From contig CAVPVX010000007.1 in assembly GCA_963709345.1 (NCBI GenBank), positions 96,001 through 160,000 of the forward strand: a DNA stretch of 64,000 bases, in the 5' to 3' direction. Position numbers and translations under genes: made by a program. A model generated the notes under the pieces. The model worked only from the letters and a program-made list of their open reading frames with translations. It was not told the origin of the DNA and did no database searches. Positions 9,821 through 21,007 of this stretch are shown here, piece after piece (the stretch's first letter is position 1; each line of letters starts with the position of its first letter). The stretch comes from an uncultured Actinomycetes bacterium (GTDB lineage: Bacteria > Actinomycetota > Thermoleophilia > UBA2241).

Positions 9821-10562
9821 TCAGAAGACCTTGCGGCCGAGCACTTCCTTGAGCCGCCCGAGCGCCTTGATGCGACTCGCGCGAGACCTTCTTCTGCGTG
9901 AGCCCCAGCTCCTCCGCCACCTCGCTCTGCGTGAGGTCCTTGAAGAAGAGGAGGTAGATGAGCCGCCTCTGGAAGGCGGAGAGCCGGTCCATGGCCGCGT
10001 ACAGCGAGATGCGGTCCTCTATGGGGAGCGCGAACGACGCCTGGCGGACCGAGTGCACCATGCCCGGGTCGGCCTCGGCCTGGAGCTCGTCCGGTGTGAA
10101 CGGCTCGTCCTGACTGTGGAGCTGGATGCGCGAGTAGAGGTTCATCACCTCGAGGATGCCGGCCTCGTTGATGTTCAGCGCCTCGGCGAGCTCGGCCACC
10201 TCCGGCGGCCGGCCGAGCTTGTGCGAGAGCTCGCTGGATTTCCCCTGGATCTGGCCGTACACCTTCTTGACCCAGCGCGGCTGGCGCAGCAGCAGCGAGT
10301 CGCGCAGGTGGTGACGCAGCTCGCCGTCCACGATCGCCGTGGCGTAGGTGCTGAAGCGCACGCCGCGCCGCGCGTCGAAGCGCTGGGCCGCCTTGATCAG
10401 GCCGAGATTGGCGACCTGCAGCAGATCCTCGTAGGGCTCGCTCGCGTACGAGAAGCGCTTGAGGATGTGGTGCAGCAGGTTCTGGTTGCGGCGCACGACC
10501 TGGTCGAGCGCCGCCGGTGAGCCCGTCTCCGCGTAGGCGGCGAGGAGCTGCTCGTTCTCCAC
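9821..10562 (-). CDS. Divergent group 3 (SigB/SigF-like) sigma factor inside the pil operon
   Basis: EDLLQVANLGLIKAAQRFD..RGVRFSTYA, region 3 LGRPP, region 4 LTQSEVAEELGLTQKKVSR; probable indel near 9872 (restored end IKALGRLKEVLGRKVF). Confidence 0.85.
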
Positions 10563-10577
10563 GCCACCCCCCGGGGT

Positions 10578-11792
10578 CTACTTGACGATGTTCATCATGT
10601 TGAAGATCGGCAGGTACATCGAGATCACGACGGTGCCGACGATGACGCCGACGCCGAGCATGAGGATGGGCTCGAGGATCGACGTGAGCGACTTGATGCT
10701 CGCGTTGACCTCGTCCTCGTAGAAGTCGGCGATCTTGCTCAGCATCGCATCGAGCGAGCCGGTCTCCTCCCCCACCGAGATCATCTGCGTGACCATGGGG
10801 GGGAACACCGAGACACTGGCTCAACGGCTCGGTGATGGACTGGCCCTCCTTGACGCTGGTCTGGACGTTGACCATCGCGTCCTCGATGACCACGTTGCCG
10901 GCCGCCTGGCCGGTGATCTCGATGGCCTGGAGGATGGGCACGCCGGAGCTGACGAGCGTGCCCAGTGTGCGCGAGAAGCGCGCCACGGCCAGCTTGCGCA
11001 CGATCTCGCCGATGCCCATGGGCACGTGCAGCTTGAAGCGGTCCCACACGTGCTGGCCGCGATCCGTGTGCTTGAGGCGGATCAGGCCCCAGATGAGGGC
11101 GATGATCGCCAGCGAAGACGATCAGCGCCCCACCAGCTGCGGAACACGCCCGAGATGCTCACCATGATCCGCGTGAGCAGCGGCAGCTGCGCGTCGCCGA
11201 GATCCTTGTACATGCCCGCGAAGATCGGGATCAGGAACAGCACCATGCCGATGAGCACCAGGATCGCGAAGCTGCCGATGAGCACCGGGTACACCATCGC
11301 CGACTTGACGGCGCGGCGGATCGCGTCTTCCTTCTCGAGTTGCTCGGCGAGGCGGTTGAGCACCTCGTCGAGGATGCCGCCGATCTCGCCGGCCCGGACC
11401 ATGCTGACGTAGAGCCGGCTGAAGACCTTGGGGTGCTTCTCCAGTGCGTCCGAGAGGCTGATGCCGGCCTCCACGTCCGCGCGGATCTGGCCGATGACCA
11501 CGGCGAACTTCTTGTTCGGCGTCTGCTCCTCGAGCACGTAGAGGCAGCGCAGCATCGAGAGGCCCGAGTTGACCATGGTCGCGAACTGGCGCGAGAAGAC
11601 GGTGAGATCCTTGGCCTTGATGCGGCCGCCGATCTGGATGCTGCCCAGCCCCTGCTTGACCTCGTTGAGGTCGAGCACGGTGAAGCCCTTGTTGCGCAGC
11701 GCCGCGGCAGCGGCGACCTTGGTCTCGCCCTCGATCTCGCCGCTGGCCTGGGTGCCGCGGGCGTCGAGCGCCTTGTAGGTGAAGTTAGCCAT
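10578..11792 (-). CDS. pilC: Type IV pilus platform protein PilC (two frameshifts in this sequence)
   Basis: FSRQFATMVNSGL, AGEIGGIL, FSRTLGTLVSSGVPIL, VGEETGSLD, LEP; frame breaks near 11120 and 10815. Confidence 0.92.
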
Positions 11793-11865
11793 TGCTCCCT
11801 TGACGCCCCCTTGGCGGCCGGTCATCCCGGCGCGCCCTTCGACGACTGGCGTTCACTTGTCTCTC

Positions 11866-11892
11866 TTATCGGCCCCGGCCGCGAATCCTGCA
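11866..11892 (-). promoter_or_regulatory. Sigma28/WhiG-type promoter of pilC-sigma
   Basis: Perfect -10 GCCGATAA; imperfect -35 TGCA at N15. Confidence 0.55.
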
Positions 11893-11896
11893 GCGC

Positions 11897-12979
<1,083 letters not shown>

Positions 12980-13007
12980 TTCCTCACACGCAGGTTGCCA
13001 GATCGGA

Positions 13008-14969
13008 TCAGATGATCACGCGGGCGATCTCTTCCACCGAAGTCATGCCGAGCAGCACCTTGTCGATGCCGTCCTCGCGCAGTGACTTCATCCCCTCAGC
13101 CGCGGCCACGCGGCTGATCTCGTCCGCGCTCTTGCGTTCGACCGTCAGCCTGCGGATGGCCTCGCTGACGATCATCACTTCGTAGAGCCCCAGCCGGCCC
13201 TTGTAGCCCGTACTGTTGCACCTCGAGCAGCCTTTTGCACGGTGCAGAACGACGTCATCCCGGTCACAAACCTCGGGCGGAAAATCGTTCTTGCGCAGCA
13301 TCTCCTTGGTGGCCGTGTAAGGCTCCTTGCAGTTGGAGCACAGACGCCGTGCCAGGCGCTGCGCCAACACGGCGTCGACCGCCGACGACGTCAGGAAGGG
13401 TTCGATGCCCATCTCCGTGAGGCGCGAGAGCGCCCCGGGGGCGTCGTTGGTGTGCAGCGTGCTCAGGACGAGGTGGCCGGTGAGCGCCGACTCGACGGCG
13501 ATCTGCGCCGTCTCGCGGTCGCGGATCTCGCCGACCATCACGATGTCTGGGTCGCAGCGCAGGATCGAGCGCAGCGCCGCGGCGAAGGTCATGCCGGCGC
13601 GCGTGTTCACCTGCACCTGGTTGATGCCGGTGAGGCGGTACTCCACCGGGTCCTCGACCGTGATGATGTTCTTCTCGGGATTGTTGAGGATGTTCAGCGC
13701 CGCGTAGAGCGTGGTCGACTTGCCGGAGCCCGTGGGCCCGGTGACGAGGATCGCGCCGTACGGCTTGGTGAACGACTTCTGGAAGCGTTTGAGCGCCTTC
13801 TCGCTGAAGCCCAGGTCCTCGAGGTTGAGCATCACGTTGCTCTTGTCGAGGAGGCGCATGACGACCTTCTCGCCGTACACCGTCGGCAGCGTGGCCACAC
13901 GCATGTCGATGGGCTTGCCGCCGACGATGAGCCCCATGCGGCCGTCCTGCGGAACGCGGCGCTCGGCGATGTCGAGCTCGGCCATGATCTTGAGGCGGCT
14001 CAGCACGCCGGCCTGCATGCGTCTCGGGATCGACATGATCTCGTGGAGCACGCCGTCGATGCGGAAGCGGATCACGAGCTCCTTCGCCTGGGGCTCGAAG
14101 TGGATGTCGCTGGCCCCGTCGTCCACGGACTGCGCGATCACGGAGTTCACCAGCTTGATGATCGGCGCCTCGTCGGTCGCGTCACGGATGTCGGTGAGCG
14201 ACTCCTCAGCCATCTCCGCCTGCGCCTGCTCGTCGGCGCTCTCGCCGATGTCGGCTCTGGAGCGGTAGATGCGCGCGATCGCCGTGTACACGTCCTCCTC
14301 GCTGGCGATCGCCGGCTGGATCTGGAACCCGGTGATGATCGCGAGGTCGTCGCGGGCCTGCAGGTTCTGCGGGTCGACCATCGCCACCAGCAGCGTGCCG
14401 TCGTCGAGGAAGCGCACCGGCAGCGCCCCGTAGCGGCGCGCCAGCTTCTCGTCGATGTAGGCGGTCGCGGCGCCGTCGAAGCGGGTCGCCGTGAGGTCGA
14501 GGAAGCTGACGCCGAACTTGCTCGCCAGCGCCTTGCTCAGATCCAGCTGCGTGACGATCCCGTCCTCGAGCAGGATCTGGCCCAGACGCTTGCGCGTCTC
14601 TTTCTGGCGGGAGAGCGCCTGCGTGACCTGCTCCTCGGTCACGAGGCCCATCTCTTTGAGGATGTCGCCGAGACGCAGCTTGCTGGTGCGTTCGCTGCGC
14701 ACGATGCTCTCAAGGACGTCGTCTGCCGTCACCGCATGGGGCTCCTCGCCGCCGGGCACGGACTCGGCGGCCGGCGTCCCGTTCCCGCCGGCCGGGCCCG
14801 CGTCTTCCCGGAGGAAGTCGTCCACGGCGTCGCCGACGGCGACGACCGTTGGGGCCGCGTCCTTGGGTCGTTCGGCCGATCCCATGAGCGGTTCCAGCTC
14901 GTCTCCTCCGTCGCCGGTCAGAATGCCTCTGCCGGTACTGTCGGTCACTCTGTCATCATCGGACTGCAT
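13008..14969 (-). CDS. pilB: Pilus extension ATPase PilB with MshEN c-di-GMP-binding domain
   Basis: Tandem RLGDILKEMGLV/RLGQILLEDGIV motifs, ASDIHFEP, GPTGSGKSTT, tetracysteine Zn motif. The start may instead be GTG at 14948. Confidence 0.95.
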   Translation of the reverse strand: MQSDDDRVTDSTGRGILTGDGGDELEPLMGSAERPKDAAPTVVAVGDAVDDFLREDAGPAGGNGTPAAESVPGGEEPHAVTADDVLESIVRSERTSKLRLGDILKEMGLVTEEQVTQALSRQKETRKRLGQILLEDGIVTQLDLSKALASKFGVSFLDLTATRFDGAATAYIDEKLARRYGALPVRFLDDGTLLVAMVDPQNLQARDDLAIITGFQIQPAIASEEDVYTAIARIYRSRADIGESADEQAQAEMAEESLTDIRDATDEAPIIKLVNSVIAQSVDDGASDIHFEPQAKELVIRFRIDGVLHEIMSIPRRMQAGVLSRLKIMAELDIAERRVPQDGRMGLIVGGKPIDMRVATLPTVYGEKVVMRLLDKSNVMLNLEDLGFSEKALKRFQKSFTKPYGAILVTGPTGSGKSTTLYAALNILNNPEKNIITVEDPVEYRLTGINQVQVNTRAGMTFAAALRSILRCDPDIVMVGEIRDRETAQIAVESALTGHLVLSTLHTNDAPGALSRLTEMGIEPFLTSSAVDAVLAQRLARRLCSNCKEPYTATKEMLRKNDFPPEVCDRDDVVLHRAKGCSRCNSTGYKGRLGLYEVMIVSEAIRRLTVERKSADEISRVAAAEGMKSLREDGIDKVLLGMTSVEEIARVII

Positions 14970-15795
14970 CTCGCATCACTTCCAGCGGCGCCGGCATGCC
15001 CGTCCACAGCGTGAACGCCTCGGCGGCCTGCCTCACCAGCATCTCGACGCCGTCGACCACCGTGGCCCCGCGAGCCCGCGCCACAGCGAGCAAGTCGGTC
15101 GGCGCGGTGGTGTATACCGCATCGAAGACGATTTGCCCCGCCGTTACAGTATCGGCCAGCAGCGCAGGGACTTTACCTTCGCCCGGCATCCCCAGCGGCG
15201 TCGCGTTGACCACCACCCGGTGCGCCGCGACGTCGGCGGCCGTCAGCGAAGACAACGCCTGGATCCGGCACACGGCGCCCGGAACGCCTGCGGCCATCAA
15301 CTCCACGAGACGCTCGGCCGCTCCGGGAGTGCGGTTGACGAGCGTGAGCGCGGCGCCCATGCGCGCCAGCGCCAGCGCCGCGGCCCGCGCCGCTCCTCCG
15401 GCGCCGAGGATCAGCGCCGGCTCGCCGCGCAGCGTGTCTCCCACGACCTCCGCCAAGGCTCCTCGCACGCCCTCCACATCGGTGTTGGACCCGCTAAGGC
15501 GGCCGTCGTCCACAACGATCGTGTTCACGGCCTCCACGATCCGCGCGTCCCCGGTCACCTCATCCAGATAGGGAAGGACGGCGCCCTTGTGCGGGATGGT
15601 GACGTTGGCGCCGCGGCAGCCCAGGGCCGCGAGGCCCCGCATCGCGGCGCCGACGCCGGCGGCGCGTACCGAGAAGGGCACGTAGACGTAGTCGAGTCCA
15701 AGCGCCTCGAAGGCGGCGTTGTGGAGCCGCGGCGACAGCGAGTGCGCTACGGGGTCGCCGATGATGCCGATGACCTGTGTGGTGCCCGTGACCGT
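14956..15795 (-). CDS. aroE: Shikimate dehydrogenase (start uncertain)
   Basis: IGDPVAHSLSPRLHN, GANVTIPHK, AVNT, NTD, GAGGAARA, NATPLGM. No canonical in-frame start upstream of the first motif. Confidence 0.9.
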   Translation of the reverse strand, partial: TVTGTTQVIGIIGDPVAHSLSPRLHNAAFEALGLDYVYVPFSVRAAGVGAAMRGLAALGCRGANVTIPHKGAVLPYLDEVTGDARIVEAVNTIVVDDGRLSGSNTDVEGVRGALAEVVGDTLRGEPALILGAGGAARAAALALARMGAALTLVNRTPGAAERLVELMAAGVPGAVCRIQALSSLTAADVAAHRVVVNATPLGMPGEGKVPALLADTVTAGQIVFDAVYTTAPTDLLAVARARGATVVDGVEMLVRQAAEAFTLWTGMPAPLEVMRDAVR

Positions 15796-15880
15796 GGTGG
15801 CCCCCTCAATTCCGCGCCGGACCGTGCCGGGCGCCCTCTACCATTAGTCGCGCCCCGTCACGCTCCTGCCCGGCGGCGCC

Positions 15881-17038
15881 TCAATCGGCGTTGGCGTTCG
15901 CGTTCGCCTTCGCCTGGTCGGCGAGGAACTGATCGTACGACGTGGAGAAGTAGTGCCGCCCCGTGCCGTCGTTGCGAGCCACATAGTAGAGGTAGTCCAC
16001 ATCCGCCGGGTCCGCCGCCGCCCGAAGCGCGGCCTTGCCGGGGTTGGAGATCGGCGTGGGCGGCAGGCCCTCATGCTTGTAGGTGTTGTACGGTGAGTCG
16101 ATCTTGAGGTCGTCGAAGGTGAGCAGCGGCTTGGTCTCGCCGAGGGCGTACTGGATCGTGGCGTCGATCTGCAGGAGCATGCCCTTGCGGAGCCGGTTCC
16201 AGATGACCGCCGCCACCACAGGGCGCTCCGCCGCGACCATAGCCTCGCGGTCGATCATCGAGGCGATGATCACCACGTCGTACTCGGTGAGGTTGGCCGC
16301 CTTGGCCCGCGCCAGGTCGATCTTGTCGAAGTTCGCCGTGAACGCGTCGAGTTGCGTGGCGACCATGCTCCTTGCCTTGGCCTTCGGGTCCACCTCGTAG
16401 GTCGCCGGGAACAGCATGCCTTCGAGCGTCACGCCCTTCTTGTAGCCCTGCAACTCGAAAGGCTGCGGATCGTCGCGCGCCGCCGTGAGGTACTTGCCGG
16501 CGGTGATCGACGGGACTCCCTCGGCGACGATCGCCGCCGCCTGCTCGAGCGTCGTTCCTTCGGGGATCGAGACCTTGACCGAGGGCGGCTTGACCCCCTG
16601 CAGGAGCTTGGCAACAAGCTCGGGATACGGCTCGTTGACGCGCAATGTGTAAGTGCCGGGCATGAAGCGCGTGGCGTAGCCGTCGGACTCGGCCCTGATC
16701 ACGAACGCGCGCGCGTGCTTGACGACGCCCTTGTCCTCGAGCTGGGCGGCGATGCTGCCGAGGTTCTCGCCCTCCTTGACGACGACGGTCACGGTGGCCC
16801 CGATCTCACCGTCCGAGAAGTAGGCGCGGGCGTAGCCGACACCAAGGCCGAGGACCAGGGAGAGGATCGCGACGAGGAGGTACCCGAGCAGCCGGCCGCG
16901 CCGGCGCCGCTTGCCGGACCCGCGCCGGCTCGACTGGCGGCGCTCGAACCCGGGATCGTCGCCGACGAACGACATCTCGGATCGGTAGATGGAGCGGCGC
17001 GCCTGCGGCGCGCCCTCTTCCTCATGATATCCGGTCAT
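15881..17038 (-). CDS. mltG: Endolytic transglycosylase MltG
   Basis: IPEG, LEGMLFPATY, ASMIDRE, LQIDAT, SPYNTY..GLPPTPISNPG. Confidence 0.92.
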   Translation of the reverse strand: MTGYHEEEGAPQARRSIYRSEMSFVGDDPGFERRQSSRRGSGKRRRRGRLLGYLLVAILSLVLGLGVGYARAYFSDGEIGATVTVVVKEGENLGSIAAQLEDKGVVKHARAFVIRAESDGYATRFMPGTYTLRVNEPYPELVAKLLQGVKPPSVKVSIPEGTTLEQAAAIVAEGVPSITAGKYLTAARDDPQPFELQGYKKGVTLEGMLFPATYEVDPKAKARSMVATQLDAFTANFDKIDLARAKAANLTEYDVVIIASMIDREAMVAAERPVVAAVIWNRLRKGMLLQIDATIQYALGETKPLLTFDDLKIDSPYNTYKHEGLPPTPISNPGKAALRAAADPADVDYLYYVARNDGTGRHYFSTSYDQFLADQAKANANANAD

Positions 17039-17417
17039 CCGCCATCCTGAGATAGTCCTCGAGCAGCGTGGCCGCCGCGCGCGCATCGCGCGCCGCGCTG
17101 CCGCCGCGCTGGTCGGCAAGCGTGGACGTGAAACGCTCGTCGAACAGATCGACGGGCACGTCGAGGGCGGCGGCCAGCCGGTCCGCGAAGGCCCGGGCCA
17201 GACGCGCCTGCCCATGCTCGCCGCCGTCGAGCGACAGCGGCAAGCCTACCACGACGCGTCCGGGCTTCTCAGCCTCCACCAGCACCAGAAGCGCGGCGAA
17301 GCCGGCGTCGGTGCCCACACGCTCCACGACCGTGAGCGGCCGCGCCAACGTCCCCGTCTCGTCGGAGACGGCGACGCCGGTGCGCACCGTGCCGTGGTCC
17401 AGGGCGAGGACCTTCAC
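17022..17417 (-). CDS. ruvX: RuvX/YqgF family nuclease
   Basis: LALDHGTVRTGVAVSD, VVGLP, DERFTS, D..AA..LL; alaS-ruvX-mltG synteny. Confidence 0.92.
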   Translation of the reverse strand: MKVLALDHGTVRTGVAVSDETGTLARPLTVVERVGTDAGFAALLVLVEAEKPGRVVVGLPLSLDGGEHGQARLARAFADRLAAALDVPVDLFDERFTSTLADQRGGSAARDARAAATLLEDYLRMADDRIS

Positions 17418-17418
17418 C

Positions 17419-20046
17419 TCAGCCGCCCAGGACGCTCCGCACCGCCGCAGCCCCGGCCTCGAGCGCCGCCGGGATGCCGCCGATGTCGGGGCCACCCCCG
17501 CGAGCGAGCGTGGGCTTGCCGCCGCCCTTGCCGCCGATCGCGGGCAGCATGGCCTTCATCACGTCGCCGGCCTTGACGCCGCGCCCCACGGCCGCGTCAC
17601 CGGCCGCGACCACGGCTACCGCCCGGCCGTCGACGTCGGCCAGGAGCACCAGCACCGAGTCCGGCCGCTTGGCGCGCAGCTCGTCGGCAAGGGTGAGCAG
17701 ATCGTCGGCCGCGTCCACCTCGGGCGCCGCGGCCACCACGGCGAGACCCTCGATCTCGTCGGCGCCGGCGAGCAGCTCGCCGGCGAGGTCGCGCCGCTCG
17801 CCGCTCTCCGCCGCCTTGAGCTTCTTCTGCAGGTCCGCGACCTGGGCGCTGAGCTTCTGGACGCCGGCCGGAACGCGATCGGGACGCACAGCCAGCGCTC
17901 CGGCCAGCGCCTCCCACTCGTGCTCCAGCCCGCGGTAGTGGTCGACAGCCGCAGCCGAGGTGATCGCCTCGATGCGGCGCGTGTTGGCGCCCACCGACTG
18001 GCTCGACATGATCTTGAACAGGCCGATCTGCGAGGTCGTCGACACGTGCGTGCCGCCGCACAGCTCACGGCTGAAATCGTCGATCTCGAGCACCCTCACG
18101 AACTCCCCGTACTTCTCCTCGAACTGGCCGATGGCGCCGATCTCGGTCGCGTACTCGCGCGTCGTGACAAACGGCCGCACCGGGTGGTTCTCGGTGATGC
18201 GCCGGTTCACCAGGTCCTCGACCTGGCGGAGCTGCTCCGCGGTCGGCGTATCGCGCACCGAGAAGTCGAAGCGAAGCCGCTCGGGATTGACGTAGGAGCC
18301 GGCCTGCCGGACGTTGCCGCCGAGCACGATGCGCAGGGCGTTGTGCAGCAGGTGCGTGGCCGTGTGGTTGCAGGCCGTCTGGTGCCTGCGCACGGCGTTG
18401 ACCATCGCCTTGGCGCGCTCGCCGGCGATCACGGCGGCCTCAACGGGGCGCGCGACGATCACCTGGTCGTTCTCGAAGCGCACGACGCTCTCGACCTCGA
18501 GCTTGCCCGAGTCGGTGTGGATCCAGCCCGTGTCGGCGACCTGCCCGCCTCCCTCGGCGTAGAAGGGCGACTCGGCCAGCTTCACTGCGACCCTGCCATC
18601 GGCGAGCTCCTCGCAGGCACGGATCACCGTGAACACCTCCAGGCGCTCGTAGCCGACGAACTCGGCGATCGCCTCGGTGTTGCGGCGCTGGAACTCTTCC
18701 AGCTCACCGGGGCCCGAGGCGAAGGCGCCTTCCTTCTGCGCCGCCCGGGCGCGCCGGCGCTGCTCGTCCATGAGGTGCTCGAAGCTCTCCTCGTCGACGG
18801 TCATCTCCTGCTCGGCGGCGATCTCGCGCGTGAGGTCGAAGGGGAAGCCGTAGGTGTCGTGCAGCTCAAAGGCGACCTTGGCGGGAAGCTCGGTGCCGGC
18901 GTCGCGGGCGCGCCGCAGGGCCTCGTCCAGGATGCCCATACCCTGGTCGAGCGTGCGACGGAAGCGCACTTCTTCCTCGCCGATCACACGCTCGATCTCG
19001 GGGCGCGCCGCCTCCAGCTCCGGATAGGCGGCGCCCATCATCCCGACCACCTCACCCACGAGCGTCGTGAGGAACGGGCGGTCGACGCCGATGGAGACGC
19101 CCTGTTGGACGGCCCGGCGGATGATCCGCCGCAGCACGTAGTCGCGGCCGTCGTTGCCGGGCAGCACGCCGTCCATGATGAGGAAGGCGGCGCCCCGCGC
19201 GTGCTCCGTCATGGTGCGCAGAGCGCGGGTGACGGTGGGTGAGGCCGCAGGCTCGACGCCCGCCAGCTCCGCTCCCTTCGCCACCAGCGGCGCGAAGAGA
19301 TCGGTCTCGAAGACGTTCGTCACGCCCTGACAGATGCTGGCGATGCGCTCCAGCCCCATCCCGGTGTCGATGCTGCCTTTCGCCAGCGGCGTGAGCGCGC
19401 CCGACTCGTCCATGTCGAACTGGACGAACACCAGGTTCCAGTACTCGAGATAGCGGTCGCAGTCGCAGCCCGGCCTGCACGCGGGGTCGTCGCAGCCCAT
19501 TTCGGGCCCGAAGTCGTAGTAGAGCTCGGAGCACGGGCCGCACGGTCCCGTCGGGCCGGCGGGGCCCCAGAAGTTGTCGCCGCGCCCCAGCCGAACTATG
19601 CGCTCGTCGGGAAAGCCGTGCGAACGCCACAACTCCGCGGCCTCTTCGTCGCCCGGCACCTGGTCGTCGCCGCCGAACACGCTCACCCACACCTTGCCGC
19701 GGTCGATGCCGAGCAGGTCGGAGAGCTCAAGGGACCAGGCGATGGCCTCCGTCTTGAAGTAGTCGCCGAACGAGAAGTTGCCGAGCATCTCGAAGAAGGT
19801 CAGGTGACGCGCGGTCTTCCCCACGTTCTCGATGTCCGAGGTGCGGAAGGAGCGTTGGCAGGTCGTGATGCGGGTGCACGGCGGCGCCCCGACGCCGAGG
19901 AAGTACGGCTTGTACTGCTGCATGCCGGCGGTGGTGAAGAGGACACTGGCGTCACCGGCGGGCACAAGGCTCGCAGGCTCGCCGGAAAGGTGGCCACGGT
20001 CGACGAAGAAGCGTCGGTACAGGTCGCGGATGTCGGCAGCGTTCAC
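17419..20046 (-). CDS. alaS: Alanine--tRNA ligase
   Basis: FTTAGM, RHLTFFEMLGNFSFGDYFK, IDTGMGLER, HTATHLL, ELCGGTH, GGKGGG. Confidence 0.98.
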   Translation of the reverse strand: MNAADIRDLYRRFFVDRGHLSGEPASLVPAGDASVLFTTAGMQQYKPYFLGVGAPPCTRITTCQRSFRTSDIENVGKTARHLTFFEMLGNFSFGDYFKTEAIAWSLELSDLLGIDRGKVWVSVFGGDDQVPGDEEAAELWRSHGFPDERIVRLGRGDNFWGPAGPTGPCGPCSELYYDFGPEMGCDDPACRPGCDCDRYLEYWNLVFVQFDMDESGALTPLAKGSIDTGMGLERIASICQGVTNVFETDLFAPLVAKGAELAGVEPAASPTVTRALRTMTEHARGAAFLIMDGVLPGNDGRDYVLRRIIRRAVQQGVSIGVDRPFLTTLVGEVVGMMGAAYPELEAARPEIERVIGEEEVRFRRTLDQGMGILDEALRRARDAGTELPAKVAFELHDTYGFPFDLTREIAAEQEMTVDEESFEHLMDEQRRRARAAQKEGAFASGPGELEEFQRRNTEAIAEFVGYERLEVFTVIRACEELADGRVAVKLAESPFYAEGGGQVADTGWIHTDSGKLEVESVVRFENDQVIVARPVEAAVIAGERAKAMVNAVRRHQTACNHTATHLLHNALRIVLGGNVRQAGSYVNPERLRFDFSVRDTPTAEQLRQVEDLVNRRITENHPVRPFVTTREYATEIGAIGQFEEKYGEFVRVLEIDDFSRELCGGTHVSTTSQIGLFKIMSSQSVGANTRRIEAITSAAAVDHYRGLEHEWEALAGALAVRPDRVPAGVQKLSAQVADLQKKLKAAESGERRDLAGELLAGADEIEGLAVVAAAPEVDAADDLLTLADELRAKRPDSVLVLLADVDGRAVAVVAAGDAAVGRGVKAGDVMKAMLPAIGGKGGGKPTLARGGGPDIGGIPAALEAGAAAVRSVLGG

Positions 20047-20074
20047 GGGGGATCCCTCCGCGTGTAGAGGTGGT

Positions 20075-21007
20075 CTAGCGGGAGCCTGCGTCGGGGGCTT
20101 GCCCGGCCGGCGGGCTGTCGAGGTCCCCGATCTCGTCGCGCAGCTTCTCGAGTGAGCGCCGGATGAGACGCGAGACGTGCATCTGCGAGATGCCGACCCG
20201 CTCGGCTATCTGACTCTGCGTGAGCCCCTCAAAGAAGCGCAGGTGCAAGATGTACCGCTCGCGCTTGTCGAGTTTCGCGAAGCCCGGCGCGAGCGTCGTG
20301 CGGTCTTCCATCGTGTCGTAGGCCTCTTCCTCACCGCCGAGGTAGTCGATGAGACCGGCGTCCTCCTCGCCCGACTCCCCATTGGGCGACGCCTGCAGCG
20401 AGACCGAGTTGTACGCCTGGCTCGTCTCGAGAGCCTCGAGCACTTCTTCCGGCGTGGCGCTGGCCGCTTCGGCGAGCTCTTTGATCGTCGGCGAGCGCTG
20501 CAGCTTGGGGACCAGTTCGTCGATCACCTTGTTCAGGCGGATGTTGAGCTCCTGCAGCCCTCGGGGGACGCGTACCGACCAACCCTTGTCGCGGAAGTAA
20601 CGCTTGATCTCACCGACGATGTTCGGCGTCGCGTATGTCGTGAGCTCGACGCCGCGGCTGAGGTCGAAGCGGTCGATGGCCTTGATGAGGCCGATGGCGC
20701 CGACCTGGACGAGGTCGTCGAAGTGCTCGCCGCGCGAGGCGTAGCGTCGCGCCAGCGAGCGCACCAGCGGCAGGTACATGGTGATGAGCTGCTCGCGCGC
20801 CATACGGTCGCCGTGCAGGTGGTACCGACGCAGCAGGTACTGGTCCAGCTTCTCCGAGTCGTCGCGCCCCCGCCCCTTGGGGTCGGGCGTCGGTCCGGTG
20901 GCGCCCGGCGCCGCCTCGTCGTCATCGGGGTGCACCCCGCGCGCCTGGCCGGGCGGCGCCTGGAGGTCGAGCGGGTCGCTGACTCGCTTGTCGTCGCGTG
21001 GACTCAC
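20075..21007 (-). CDS. SigB/SigF/SigG family sigma factor
   Basis: DDLVQVGAIGLIKAIDRFD, YATPNIVGEIKRYFRDKGWSVRVPR, TQSQIAERVGISQMHVSRL. Confidence 0.93.
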   Translation of the reverse strand: MSPRDDKRVSDPLDLQAPPGQARGVHPDDDEAAPGATGPTPDPKGRGRDDSEKLDQYLLRRYHLHGDRMAREQLITMYLPLVRSLARRYASRGEHFDDLVQVGAIGLIKAIDRFDLSRGVELTTYATPNIVGEIKRYFRDKGWSVRVPRGLQELNIRLNKVIDELVPKLQRSPTIKELAEAASATPEEVLEALETSQAYNSVSLQASPNGESGEEDAGLIDYLGGEEEAYDTMEDRTTLAPGFAKLDKRERYILHLRFFEGLTQSQIAERVGISQMHVSRLIRRSLEKLRDEIGDLDSPPAGQAPDAGSR

